From positions 3,100,001-3,164,000 of the forward strand of contig OY986948.1 in assembly GCA_963920595.1 (NCBI GenBank): 64,000 nt of DNA, in the 5' to 3' direction. Of the stretch, positions 46,288 to 57,934 are shown piece after piece; the stretch's first letter is position 1; each line of letters opens with the position of its first letter. A program made the translations under genes and the position numbers. The notes beneath the pieces were generated by a model. The model was not told the DNA's origin and did no database searches. It worked only from the letters and a program-made list of their open reading frames with translations. This stretch comes from Eimeria praecox. Its lineage: Eukaryota.

Positions 46288-48657
46288 TTTTGAGCGCACA
46301 ATTTTCCATTAAACTTAAAGCAGCACACTCACAGAAAAGTAAATGTGGGGTAAGCAGCGGAGGCTTCAAGGTTGCCTATCCGAACCGGGGCTATGCCACT
46401 GGACATGCACTTCACGCCACTAGTGAGGGAGTGTGGTCGAGGACACGGCACCTATACGCCATACCCTGAAGAAAAAATTATGTCGTTTTTCACTGACAAA
46501 TTAACTTTGTTTTACGAGTAGTGATCTAGGAGGCAAACAAATCCTGCCGGCCAGGCTTAAACTTAGCGAGTTTCGTTTGCCTAATAGTAAGAGTCGCAGT
46601 TGGAGAGTCGCAGTAGGAGACGGATCAGGAGAAGTCGATAGCGCTCCACAAGTAAGGCTTGCCGAAGCAGCAGTATCAAGTGTGGCAGGAATTCAAACTT
46701 GTACACCCTGCTACTTGGCAGGTGACCGGGCACACGAGGGAGTGTGCTGCTTTGCGAAAATGCGTGGCGCAGATGTAGGAAGGTGTGCGTGAAGTTGGTG
46801 TGTGTATTTGTACCTGTACGTGCATGTAGGCTAGTTAATGAGGGCCAAGGTACGATGGTCCTTGATCGTAGCTGAGGACCATCGTACGATAGGAGCTCCC
46901 CAAAACATGCTGACCTCCCTTTCAGTCTCCAAAACGTTTTGGACACAGCTGCCAAAGTGTCTCGAGCTTTTGAACTACCCTCTCTGCGTCAGTGCCACTG
47001 TGCCCAGGACGCCTAAACACAGGAGGGGAAGTCAGCTGCTTTTTGGAAGCGCTCATCACAATTCATTCGAGCCATTTGCACCTTACGACGTTCCTATGCT
47101 AGGTTGGAGGATCATCATTGGAAACACCGTGCACCTGAGTCAGATAATCAGCCTGCCTCTGGCTTCGTCTTGCTTGCACTTGCCCCCACTCTTGTCGATC
47201 TGCTCGCCACACTAAAGCACGTTATGTTTGGTGAGTTAGTCAGGGTAGATGGGACAGCTTCTGTTAGAAGTAGAGGTATGCGTAGATGGTTGAGCGCATG
47301 TTAACCACTGGAGACCTTGTAGGTCTCTAACAGTTGACGACGGCGCTTGTGGATGTGTTGGGGAGGGGGGTGAGCATCTGGGCTTGCTTTTGTGGCAGGA
47401 GTTGCAGTAGGAAGTGCAGCCGGGCAGCCTGCCTTCTCTTCTCACCGGCCACAGGGTCTTACGCAAATGCGCTCCAGCTGCCTTGAACGCAAGACCCGAG
47501 TTGCTTTTAGTCGGGGAGCCAGCGGAGGCTTCCTGCCACGACTTGCAGCACTTCTTGCTGCAGCAAATGCCCCAACCCTAATAAAGGCAAGCGCTATCAA
47601 CCCTCCAATTCCACGCATGCACTAACAGCGTATGCGACTGCCAAAGAACTACTTGGCATTGGTGTAGGGACGTCGGTTACTTAGGGCCAATGCAACTACC
47701 TAACTCCTACAGACCTCCTACAACGGGTCTCTACAAAACATGGAGGGGTTCCAGTTAGTCGCCGACTGCAAAGTCGGCGTGCAACGCATGCAAACGGTAT
47801 TGAAACAAAATAAAATTCCCGTCAGAGGAGTGTGCAGGTACCATACCCTCGCCTGCCCCCAAATGAAGAAAAAAGTGCGTGGGGGTACACAGCACCGGAA
47901 AACGAGTCTGTGCGTACAACTGTGCGCCTCTAGGTTTCCCATGCACCACAGCCCATCTCCCTACCACACAAAGGCAAGGATTTAGCTTAGTGATGGATAA
48001 CAATGTCCACGACGCTGAACCGCTCGAATACTCAAAGCTGCAAGCAAGTCTACATATGCACGATTATAAATAAACTCCCCCAACAAATGTAGCGAGAGCT
48101 CCTTGCGGCTTCAAACAAAGCAATCATGTAAGAAGTAAACCTGATCCTATGAGCGCACTTTGCACCGGTGCTGGCACGTACCCAATCTGCAACTGCAATG
48201 CAGTGCAAAAGCCTGACCAAACAACATGCACCACTCCATTCAAATTGAGGTCTAGGGCTTTTTCAGCCCGCGAACACCGAACCTGCCAACACTATTCCAC
48301 TATCCCAACAACCGTCGTCCTCCAGAAGAAACAAGCTTTATCAAATTTAAAGACTCAAATGCCTCGAAAAACGACGCCACCTCGTGCTTGTCGGGCGTTC
48401 AAATAAAGAAAAAGAATCAACCACAAACCTACGGAACAAGTGCTCATGTCTATGCAAAAGCTTTCATTCAAGTGCCTGCAGACATTCATCGGCCTGTGCG
48501 CAGATTCGTGAGTGCACTGAGCCCGAAGGTGTGCAAACTCATAGTTTATCAAGGCACTGACTAGTGGGGCTCGGGTGATAAGGGCCCCTCCCCTGCCAAA
48601 GACCCTGTCTTTGACAGATGCGGCTGTTATACAGAAGCTTCACAAATGGCTGAAGGT

Positions 48658-50154
48658 CTATTCAGCCTGCTGGTTGATAAGGTCTGGAAACTCTCGCACA
48701 ACTTGAAAGCCATTTATCCTGTGGGCGCTCGTCGGCTCCAGCAAACGCACAATAAGCTCTACCCACCGCCTTGGGACTTTGGAGGCCTCCAACTCCGGGA
48801 TCAAGACGCTAGAACGTACCCCATCTTCCAACAGCTGCGACGATAACATGCTAGCTTCTTCACACCATTGCCGCCCTTGGAGTTCCCCGTAGGGGTGGTG
48901 GTTTCCGGTGTACAGGTAAAAGAGAAGAATCCCGAGATTCCACATATTTGTCTTAGCCTTAGGCCTAGCTATTCCAGTTTTAGAAAAACGAACAACCAAA
49001 CTGGGTTCAGGGTGCATCGTCAAACCGGATGCTACAGAGGTAACCTCATCTCCGAAAGGAGCAGCGCTGGCAAAATTCCCCAACAAGAAGGAGCCGTCTT
49101 CACGCAGAAACAAGGAGTTCCAGTCAAACTGCAGATGAGCAACCCCTGAATTCTCCAATTTCAGCGCCATCATCAACAAACGATAAGCCATGTAATCACG
49201 CGCCTTCTCATCCAGTTCCCCTATTCTTTCCCTCAGGAACCGTAAGTTCCCCAAAACCGGTACCGTCAATCCTACAGTATGATAGATTCTTGTACCCCCT
49301 ACAGAATGGATTTCGTCAAGGCCCGATATTTCACCTGTGTAAACTGGAATGCACATGCCCTTCTGTGAGGCTGCCAACTCAGCCGGCACGTAGCCGCAAG
49401 CCTGCAGCGCTGCATTCTTCTCATCCTCAGCCGCTCGCCACATTTCCCTATCAAAATTATCTTCACTGTACATGGGAAACCTCTTGCTATCGGAGACAGG
49501 GATATTTACAAAATATTTATCCTCCGTAGCGATTCCTTCTGCGCTCAACACCAAATTCCAGCCGAAGTACCCCACCACTCCAGTAATGCGCAGCGCTTGC
49601 GGCAAAGGTTTGTTTTCAATGCTCCAGTTAAAAAGCTTCACATTCTCCAACACAATGGTCATCCCAACCAAAGAGTCATTCGATCCTTTCGAAAGAGCAA
49701 GGGCAACGGCGCGCTGATAAGCCTCAGTATATTGGCTCGACTTTTGCTCAGATATGTACTGGGAAGCCCAAGCTGCTAGCAACTCTTTGCCCTCCTTAAG
49801 CTTAGGAGGAAGCGTCTCTTCAAAATGTTCAAGCGAAGGTACCCCCCAATCATCACGTTTCCCCTGCTGCTCCACTGCAGCCTCCACTGGAGCCTCCACT
49901 GGAGCCTCCACTGGGGACAATGCTGAACTCGAGCTGCTAGGCTCCACACGAGAAACCAAGGTAGCTAGCTTTCTCCCTATTGCAAACAGCAATACGAAGC
50001 CTGCAACAATCAATATCAACGAGGGCGCACCAACTCGTTTTGATACGAAACTGTGGTCAGTTTCTCGAATCTCAAGTGACGAAGCCCTGGCATTCAGCTC
50101 CGGCTGTGGTTCCGCGGAGGCAGTCGTCTCAACGGGGGATCCCTGCACCTCCAT
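48658..50154 (-). CDS. ROPK-like pseudokinase, copy 7 (type A, 498 aa)
   Basis: Intact ORF, close to copies 4 and 6. Confidence 0.8.
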   Translation of the reverse strand: MEVQGSPVETTASAEPQPELNARASSLEIRETDHSFVSKRVGAPSLILIVAGFVLLFAIGRKLATLVSRVEPSSSSSALSPVEAPVEAPVEAAVEQQGKRDDWGVPSLEHFEETLPPKLKEGKELLAAWASQYISEQKSSQYTEAYQRAVALALSKGSNDSLVGMTIVLENVKLFNWSIENKPLPQALRITGVVGYFGWNLVLSAEGIATEDKYFVNIPVSDSKRFPMYSEDNFDREMWRAAEDEKNAALQACGYVPAELAASQKGMCIPVYTGEISGLDEIHSVGGTRIYHTVGLTVPVLGNLRFLRERIGELDEKARDYMAYRLLMMALKLENSGVAHLQFDWNSLFLREDGSFLLGNFASAAPFGDEVTSVASGLTMHPEPSLVVRFSKTGIARPKAKTNMWNLGILLFYLYTGNHHPYGELQGRQWCEEASMLSSQLLEDGVRSSVLIPELEASKVPRRWVELIVRLLEPTSAHRINGFQVVREFPDLINQQAE

Positions 50155-52527
50155 TTTTGAGCGCACAGTTTTCCATTAAACGTAAAGCAGCACGCTCACA
50201 GAAAAGTGAATGTGGGGTAAGCAGCGGAGGCTTCAAGGTTGCCTATCCGAACCGGGGCTATGCCACTGGGCATGCACTTCACGCCACTAGTGGGGGAGTG
50301 TGGTAGAGGACACGGCACCTATACGCCATACCCTGAAGAAAAAATTATGTCGTTTTACACTGACAAATTAACTCTGTTTTACGAGTAGTGATCTAGGAGG
50401 CAAACACATACTGCCGGCCAGGCTTAAACTTAGCGAGTTTCGTTTACCCAATAGTAAGAGTCGCAGTTGGAGAGTCGCAGTAGGAGACGGATCAGGAGAA
50501 GTCGATAGCGCTCCACAAAGCAAGGCGTGCCGAAGCAGCAGTATCAAGTGTGGCAGGAGTTCAGACTTGGACACCCTGCCACTTGGCAGGTGACCGGGTA
50601 CACGAGGGAGTGTGTTGCTGTGCTAAAATGGTGAAGCAGATGTAGGGAGGTGTGCGTGAAGTTGGAGTGCGTATTTGTACGTGCATGTGCATGTAGGCTA
50701 GTTAATGAGGGCCAAGGTACGATGGTCCTCGATCTTAGCAGAGGACCTTAGTACGATAGGAGCTCCCCAGAACATGCTGCTGACCTCCCTTTCAGTCTCC
50801 AAAACGTTTCGGACACAGCTGCCAAAGTGTCTCGAGCTTTTGAACTACCCTCTCTGCGTCAGTGCCATTGTGCCCGGGACGCCTAAACACAGGAGGGGAA
50901 GTCAGCTGCTTTTGGGAAGCGCTCATCATAATTCATTCGAACCATTTGCACCTTACGACGCCCCTGTGCTAGGTTCGAGGATCATCATTGGAAACACCGT
51001 GTACCTGAGTCAGATAATCAACCTGCCTCTGGCTTCGTCTTGCTTGCACTTGCCCCCCCTTTTGTCGATCTGCTCGCCACACTAAAGCATGTTATGTTTG
51101 GTGAGTGAGTCTGGGTAGATGGGACAGCTTCTGTTAGAAGTAGAGGTATGCGTAGATGGTTGAGCGCATGTTAACCACTGGAGACCTTGTAGGTCTCTAA
51201 CAGTTGACGACGGCGCTTGTGGATGTGTTGGGGAGGGAGGTGAGCATCTGGGCTTGCCTTTGCGGCTGGAGTTGCAGTAGGAAGTGCAGCCGGGCAGCCT
51301 GCCCTCTCTTCTCACCGGCCACAGGGTCTTAGGCAACAGCGCTCCAGCTGCCTTGAACGCAAGACCCGAGTTGCTTTTAGTCGGGGAGCCAGCGGAGGCT
51401 TCCTGCCACGACTTGCAGCACTTCTTGCTGCAGCAAATGCCCCAACCCTAACAAAGGCAAGCGCTATCAAGCCTCCAAGTCCACGCATGCACTAACAGCG
51501 TATGCGACTGCCAAAGAACTACTTGGCATTGGTGTAGGCACGTCGGTTACTTAGGGCCAATACAACTACCTAACTCTTACAGACCTCCTACAACGGGTCT
51601 CTACAAAACATGGAAGGGTTCCAGTTAGTCACCGACTGCGAAGTCGACGTACAACGCATTCAAACGGTACTGAAACAAAATTAAATTCCCTTCAGAGGAG
51701 TGTGCAGGTACCATACCCTCGCCTGCCCCCAAATGAAGAAAAAAGTGGGTCGAGGTACACAGCACCGGAAAACGAGTCCGTGCGTACAACTGTGCGCCTC
51801 TAGGATTCCCATGCACCATAGCCCATCTCCCTCCCACACAAAGGCAAGGATTTAGCTTAGTGATGGATAACAATGTCCACGACGCTGAACCGCTCGAACA
51901 CGCAAAGCTGCAAGCAAGCCTACATATGCACCATTATACAATAACTCCCCCAACAAATGTAGCGAGAGCTCCTTGCGGCTTCAAGCAAAGCAATCAAGTA
52001 ACAACTAAACCTGATGCTATGAGCGCACTTTGCACCGGTGCTGGCACGCACCCAATCAGCAACTGAAATACAGTACAAAAAGCTGACCAAACAACATGCA
52101 CCACTCCATTCAAATTGAGGTCTAAGGCTTTTTCAGCCCGCGAATTCCGAACCTGCCAACACTATTCCACTATCCCAACAACCGTCGTCCTCCAGAAGAA
52201 ACAAGCTTTATCAAATTTAAAGACTCAAATGCCTCGAAAAACGACGCCACCACGTGCTTGTCGGGCGTTCAAATAAAGAAAAAGAATCAACCACAAACCT
52301 ACGGAACAAGTGCTCATGCCTATGCAAAAGCTTTCATTCAAGTGCCTGCAGACATCCATCGGACTGTGCGCAGATTCGTGAGTGCACTGAGCCCGAAGGT
52401 GTGCAAACTCATAGTTTATCAAGGCACTGACTAGTGGGGCTCGGCTGATAAGGGCCCCTCCCCTCCCAAAGACCCTGTCTTCGACAGATGCGGCTGTTAT
52501 ACAGAAGTTTCACAAACGGCTGAGGGT

Positions 52528-54048
52528 CTATTCAGCCTGCTGGTTGATAAGGTCTGGAAACTCTCGCACAACTTGAAAGCCACTTATCCTGTGGGCGCTC
52601 GTCGGCTCCAGCAAACGCGCAATAAGCTCCACCCACCGCCTTGGGACATTGGAGGCTTCCAACTCCGGGATCAAGACGTTAGAACGTACCCCATCTTCCA
52701 ACAGCTGCCATGAAAACATGGCAGCATTTTCACGCCAGTCCGCCCCCTGCAGTTTCCCGTAGGGGTTTCGGTTTCCGGTGTACAGGTGAAAGAGAAGAAT
52801 CCCGAGATTCCACATATTTGTCTTAGCTTCCGGGATAAAGGCTCTACTTTTATAAAACCGATACATCAGAACGGGTTCTGGATGCTGCGTCAAAAGGCCC
52901 GTTAAGAAGGGTCTCTGAATGCCGAATGGAGCAGCGCTGCCAAAATTCCCCAACAGGAAGGAGCCGTCTTCACGCAGAAACAAAGCGATCCAGTCGAACT
53001 CCGGATGAGCAACTCCTGCTTTCTCGAGTTTCACCGCCATCAGCAACAAACGATAAGCCATGTAATCACGCGCCTTCTCATCCAGTTCCCCTATTCTATG
53101 GCTCAGATGTCCAAAATTCCGCACAGCCCCTTCCATCAACCCTACAGTACCATAGATCTTTATATCTCCTACAGAATGAATTTGATCAAGGCCAGATATT
53201 TCACCTGTGTAAAGTGGAATGTGCATGCCCTTCTGTGAGGCTGCCAACTCAGCCGGCACGTAGCCGCAAGCCTGCAGCACTGCAGTCTTCTCATGCTCAG
53301 CCGTTCGCCACATTTCTTCTTCAAACTCATCTTCACTGAGAGTGGAACGCTTGCTTATATCGGCAGCGGGGATATTCACCAAATATTCCTTCTTCGTAGC
53401 GATGTCTTCGGCAGTCAACACCAAATTCCAGCGGTAGTACTCCACCACTCCAGTAATGCGCAGCGCTTGCGGCAAAGGCTTGTCTTCAATGCTCCAGTTC
53501 AAAGGCTTCACATTCTCCAACACAATTCTCATCCCAACCAAAGAGTCATTCGATCCTTTCGAAAGAGCAAGAGCAACGGCGCGCTGATAAGCTTCAGCAT
53601 ATTCACTCATCGTTGGCTCAGATACGTACTGGGAAGCCCAAGCTGCTAGTAACTCTTTGCCCTCCTTAAGCCTAGGAGGAAGCGTCTCTTCAAAATGTTC
53701 AAGCGAAGGTACCCCCCAATCATCACGTTTCGCCTGCTGCTCCACTGCATCCTCCACTGCAGCCTCCAGTGGAGCCTCCACTGGAGCCTCCACTGGAGCC
53801 TCCACAGGAGGCAATGCCGAACTCGAGCTGCTAGGCTCCACACGAGAAACCAGGGTAGCCAGCTTTCTCCCTATTGCAAACAGCAAGACGAAGCCTGCAA
53901 CAATCAATACCAACGAGGGCGCGCCAATTCGTTTTGGCACGAAACTGTTGTCAGTTTCTCGAATCTCAAGTGACGAAGCCCTGGCATTCAGCTCCAGCTG
54001 TGGTTCCGCGGAGGCAGTCGTCTCAACGGGGGATCCCTGCACCTCCAT
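52528..54048 (-). CDS. ROPK-like pseudokinase, copy 8 (type B mosaic, 506 aa)
   Basis: Intact ORF with HPEFDWIA. C-terminal PYGKLQGADWRENAAMFSWQLLEDG resembles type A copy 4. Confidence 0.8.
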   Translation of the reverse strand: MEVQGSPVETTASAEPQLELNARASSLEIRETDNSFVPKRIGAPSLVLIVAGFVLLFAIGRKLATLVSRVEPSSSSSALPPVEAPVEAPVEAPLEAAVEDAVEQQAKRDDWGVPSLEHFEETLPPRLKEGKELLAAWASQYVSEPTMSEYAEAYQRAVALALSKGSNDSLVGMRIVLENVKPLNWSIEDKPLPQALRITGVVEYYRWNLVLTAEDIATKKEYLVNIPAADISKRSTLSEDEFEEEMWRTAEHEKTAVLQACGYVPAELAASQKGMHIPLYTGEISGLDQIHSVGDIKIYGTVGLMEGAVRNFGHLSHRIGELDEKARDYMAYRLLLMAVKLEKAGVAHPEFDWIALFLREDGSFLLGNFGSAAPFGIQRPFLTGLLTQHPEPVLMYRFYKSRAFIPEAKTNMWNLGILLFHLYTGNRNPYGKLQGADWRENAAMFSWQLLEDGVRSNVLIPELEASNVPRRWVELIARLLEPTSAHRISGFQVVREFPDLINQQAE

Positions 54049-56419
54049 TTTTGAGCGCACAATTTTCCATTAAACTTAAAGCAGCACGCTCACAGAAAAG
54101 TGAATGTGGGGTATGCAGCGGAGGCTTCAAGGTTGCCTATCCGAATCGGGGCTATGCCACTGGGCATGCACTTCACGCCACTAGTGAGGGAGTGTGGTAG
54201 AGGACTCGGCACCTATACTCCATACCCTGAAGAAAAAATTATGTCGTTTTACACTGACAAATTAACTTTGTTTTACGAGTAGTGATCTAGGAGGCAAACA
54301 AATCCTGCCGGCCAGGCTTAAACTTAGCGAGTTTCGTTTACCCAATAGTAAGAGTCGCAGTTGGAGAGTCGCAGTAGGAGACGGATCAGGAGAAGTCGAT
54401 AGCGCTCCACAAAGAAAGGCTTGCCGAAGCAGGAGTATCAAGTGTGGCAGGAGTTCAGACTTGGACACCCTGCCACTTGGCAGGTGACCGGGCACACGAG
54501 GGAGTGTGCTGCTGTGCTAAAATGCGTGGCGCAGATGTAGGAAGGTGTGCGTGAAGTTGGAGTGCGTATTTGTACGTGCATGTGCATGTAGGCTAGTTAA
54601 TGAGGGCCAAGGTACGATGGTCCTCGATCTTAGCAGAGGACCATAGTACGATAGGAGCTCCCCAGAACATGCTGCTGACCTTCCTTTCAGTCTCCAAAAC
54701 GTTTTGGGCACAGCTGCCAAAGTGTCTCGAGCTTTTGAACTACCCTCTCTGCGTCAGTGCCACTGTGCCCAGGACGCCTAAACACAGGAGGGGAAGTCAG
54801 CTGCTTTTTGGAAGCACTCATCATAATTCATTCGAACCATTTGCACCTTACGACGTTCCTGTGCTCGGTTCGAGGATCATCATTGGAAACACCGTGTACC
54901 TGAGTCAGATAATCACCCTGCCTCTGGCTTCGTCTTGCTCTCACTTGCCCCCACTCTTGTCGATCTGCTCGCCACACCAAAGCACGTTTTGTTTGGTGAG
55001 TTAGTCAGGGTAGATGGGACAGCTTCTGTTAGAAGTAGAGGTATGCGTAGATGGTTGAGCGCATGTTAACCACTGGAGACCTTGTAGGTCTCTAACAGTT
55101 GACGACGGCGCTTGTGGATGTGTTGGGGAGGGCGGTGAGCACCTGGGCTTGCTTTTGTGGCAGGAGTTGCAGTAGGAAGTGCAGCCGGGCAGCCTGCCTC
55201 CTCTTCTCGCCGGCCACAGGGTCTTAGGCAAATGCGCTCCAGGTGCCTTGAGCGCAAGACCCGAGTTCCTTTTAGTTGGGGAGCCAGCGGAGGCTTCCTG
55301 CCACGACTTGCAGCACTCGTTGCTGCAGCAAACGCCCCAACCCTAACAAAGGCAAGCGCTATCAAGCCTCCAATTCCACGCATGCACTAACAGCGTATGC
55401 GACTGCCAAAGAACTACTTGGCATTGGTGTAGGCACGTTGGTTACTTAGGGCCAATGCAAATACCAAAATCCTACAGACCTCCTACAACCGGTCTCTACA
55501 AAACATGGAGGGGTTCCAGTTAGTCAGCGACTGCAAAGTCGACGTGCAATGCATTCAAACGGTACTGAAACAAAATTAAATTCCCGTTAGAGGAGTGTGC
55601 AGGTACCATACCCTCGCCTGCCCCCAAATGAAGAAAAAAGTGGGTGGAGGTACACAGCACCGGAAAACGAGTCTGTGCGTACAACTGTGCGCCTCTAGGT
55701 TTCCCATGCACCACAGCCCATCTCCCTACCACACAAAGGCAAGGATTTAGCTTAGTGATGGATAACAATGTCCACGACGCTGAACCGCTCGAATACTCAA
55801 AGCTGCAAGCAAGTCTACATATGCACGATTATAAATTAACTCCCCCAACAAATGTAGCGAGAGCTCCTTGCGGCTTCAAACAAAGCAATCATGTAAGGAC
55901 TAAACCTGATCCTATGAGCGCACTTTGCACCGGTGCTGGCACGCACCCAATCTGCAACTGCAATGCAGTGCAAAAGCCTGACCAAACAACATGCACCACT
56001 CCATTCAAATTGAGGCCTAGGGCTTTTTCAGCCCGCGAACTCCGAACCTGCCAACACTATTCCACTATCCCAACAACCGTCGTCCTCCAGAAGAAACAAG
56101 CTTTATCAAATTTAAAGACTCAAATGCCTCGCAAAACGACGCCACCACGTGCTTGTCGGTTCAAATAAAGAAAAAGAATCAGCCACAAACCTACGGAACA
56201 AGTGCTCATGCCTATGCAAAAGCTTTCATTCAAGTGCCTGCAGATATCCATCGGACGGTGCGCAGATTCGTGAGTGCACTGAGCCCGAAGGCGTGCAGAC
56301 TCATAGTTTATCAACGCACTGACTAGTGGGGCTCGGGTGATACGGGCCCCTCCCCTGCCAAAGACCCTGTCTTTGACAGATGCGGCTGTTATAGAGAAGC
56401 TTCACAAATGGCTGAAGGT

Positions 56420-57934
56420 CTATTCAGCCTGCTGGTTGATAAGGTCTGGGAACTCGCGCACAACTTGAAAGCCACTTATCCTGTGGGCGCTCGTCGGCTC
56501 CAACAAACGCACAATAAGCTCCACCCACCGCCTTGGGACATTGGAGGCTTCCAACTCCGGGATCAAGACGTTAGAACGTACCTCTTCTTCTAACAGCCGT
56601 TTTGGTAGGCTGAAGATCTCCTGCGATGTGTCCCCCTCCCAAGGCCTGTAGGGGTTTTGGTTTCCGGTGTACAGGTGAAAGAGAAGAATCCCGAGATTCC
56701 ACATATTTGCCTTAGCTTGTGGTACAGTCCATCCAGCTCTATAAAGTTCAAGAATCGCATTGGGTTCTGGATTCTCCGTATAGTCGCCCGTTAAGAAAGG
56801 TCTCTCATTGCCGAATGGAGCAGCGCTGCCAAAATTCCCCAACAGGAAGGAGCCGTCTTCACGCAGAAACAAGCCACTCCAATCAAGCTCCAGATGAGCA
56901 ACTCCTGCTTGCTCGAGTTTCACCGCCATCAGCAACAAACGATAAGCCATGTAATCACGCGCCTTCTCATCCAGTGTCCCTATTCTATGGCTCAGATGTC
57001 CAAAATTCCGCACAGCCCCTTCCATCAACCCTACAGTACCATAGATTTTTATATCTCCTACAGAATGAATTTGATCAAGGCCCAATATTTCACTTGTGTA
57101 GACTGGAATGAATATGCCTTTCTGTGAGGCTGCCAACTCAGCCGGCATGCAGCCGCAAGCCTGCAGCACTGCATTCTTCTCATGTTCAGCGGTTTGCCGC
57201 ATTTCTTCTTCAAACTCTTCACTGGACTGGGTATACTTGCTGATATCGGCAACGGGGATATTCACCAAATATTCCTTCTTCGTAGCGATGTCTTCGGCAG
57301 TCAGCACCAAATTCCAGCGGTAGTACTCCACCACTCCAGTAATGCGCAGCGCTTGCGGCAAAGGCTTGCCTTCAATGCTCCAGTTAAAAGGCTTCACATT
57401 CTCCAACACAATGGTCATCCCAACCAAAGAGTCATTCGATCCATTCGAAAGAGCAAGAGCAACGGCGCGCTGATAAGCCTTAGCATATTTACTCATCGTT
57501 GGCTCAGATATGTATTCGGAAGCCCAAGCTGCTAGTAACTCTTTGCCCTCCTTAAGCCTAGGAGGAAGCGTCTCTTCAAAATGTTCAAGCGAAGGTACCC
57601 CCCAATCATCACGTTTCGGCTGCTGCTCCACTGCATCCTCCACTGCAGCCTCCACTGGAGCCTCCACTGGAGCCTCCACTGGAGCCTCCACAGGAGGCAA
57701 TGCCGAACTCGAGCTGCTAGGCTCCACACGAGAAACCAGGGTAGCCAGCTTTCTCCCTATTGCAAACAGCAAGACGAAGCCTGCAACAATCAATACCAAC
57801 GAGGGCGCGCCAATTCGTTTTGGCACGAAACTGTGGTCAGTTCCTCGAATCTCAAGTGGCGAATCCCTGGCATTCAGCTCCAGCTGTGGTTCCGCGGAGG
57901 CAGTCGTCTCAACGGGGGATCCCTGCACCTCCAT
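56420..57934 (-). CDS. ROPK-like pseudokinase, copy 9 (type B, 504 aa)
   Basis: Intact ORF with HLELDWSG and GDYTENPEPNAILELYRAGW. Confidence 0.8.
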   Translation of the reverse strand: MEVQGSPVETTASAEPQLELNARDSPLEIRGTDHSFVPKRIGAPSLVLIVAGFVLLFAIGRKLATLVSRVEPSSSSSALPPVEAPVEAPVEAPVEAAVEDAVEQQPKRDDWGVPSLEHFEETLPPRLKEGKELLAAWASEYISEPTMSKYAKAYQRAVALALSNGSNDSLVGMTIVLENVKPFNWSIEGKPLPQALRITGVVEYYRWNLVLTAEDIATKKEYLVNIPVADISKYTQSSEEFEEEMRQTAEHEKNAVLQACGCMPAELAASQKGIFIPVYTSEILGLDQIHSVGDIKIYGTVGLMEGAVRNFGHLSHRIGTLDEKARDYMAYRLLLMAVKLEQAGVAHLELDWSGLFLREDGSFLLGNFGSAAPFGNERPFLTGDYTENPEPNAILELYRAGWTVPQAKANMWNLGILLFHLYTGNQNPYRPWEGDTSQEIFSLPKRLLEEEVRSNVLIPELEASNVPRRWVELIVRLLEPTSAHRISGFQVVREFPDLINQQAE

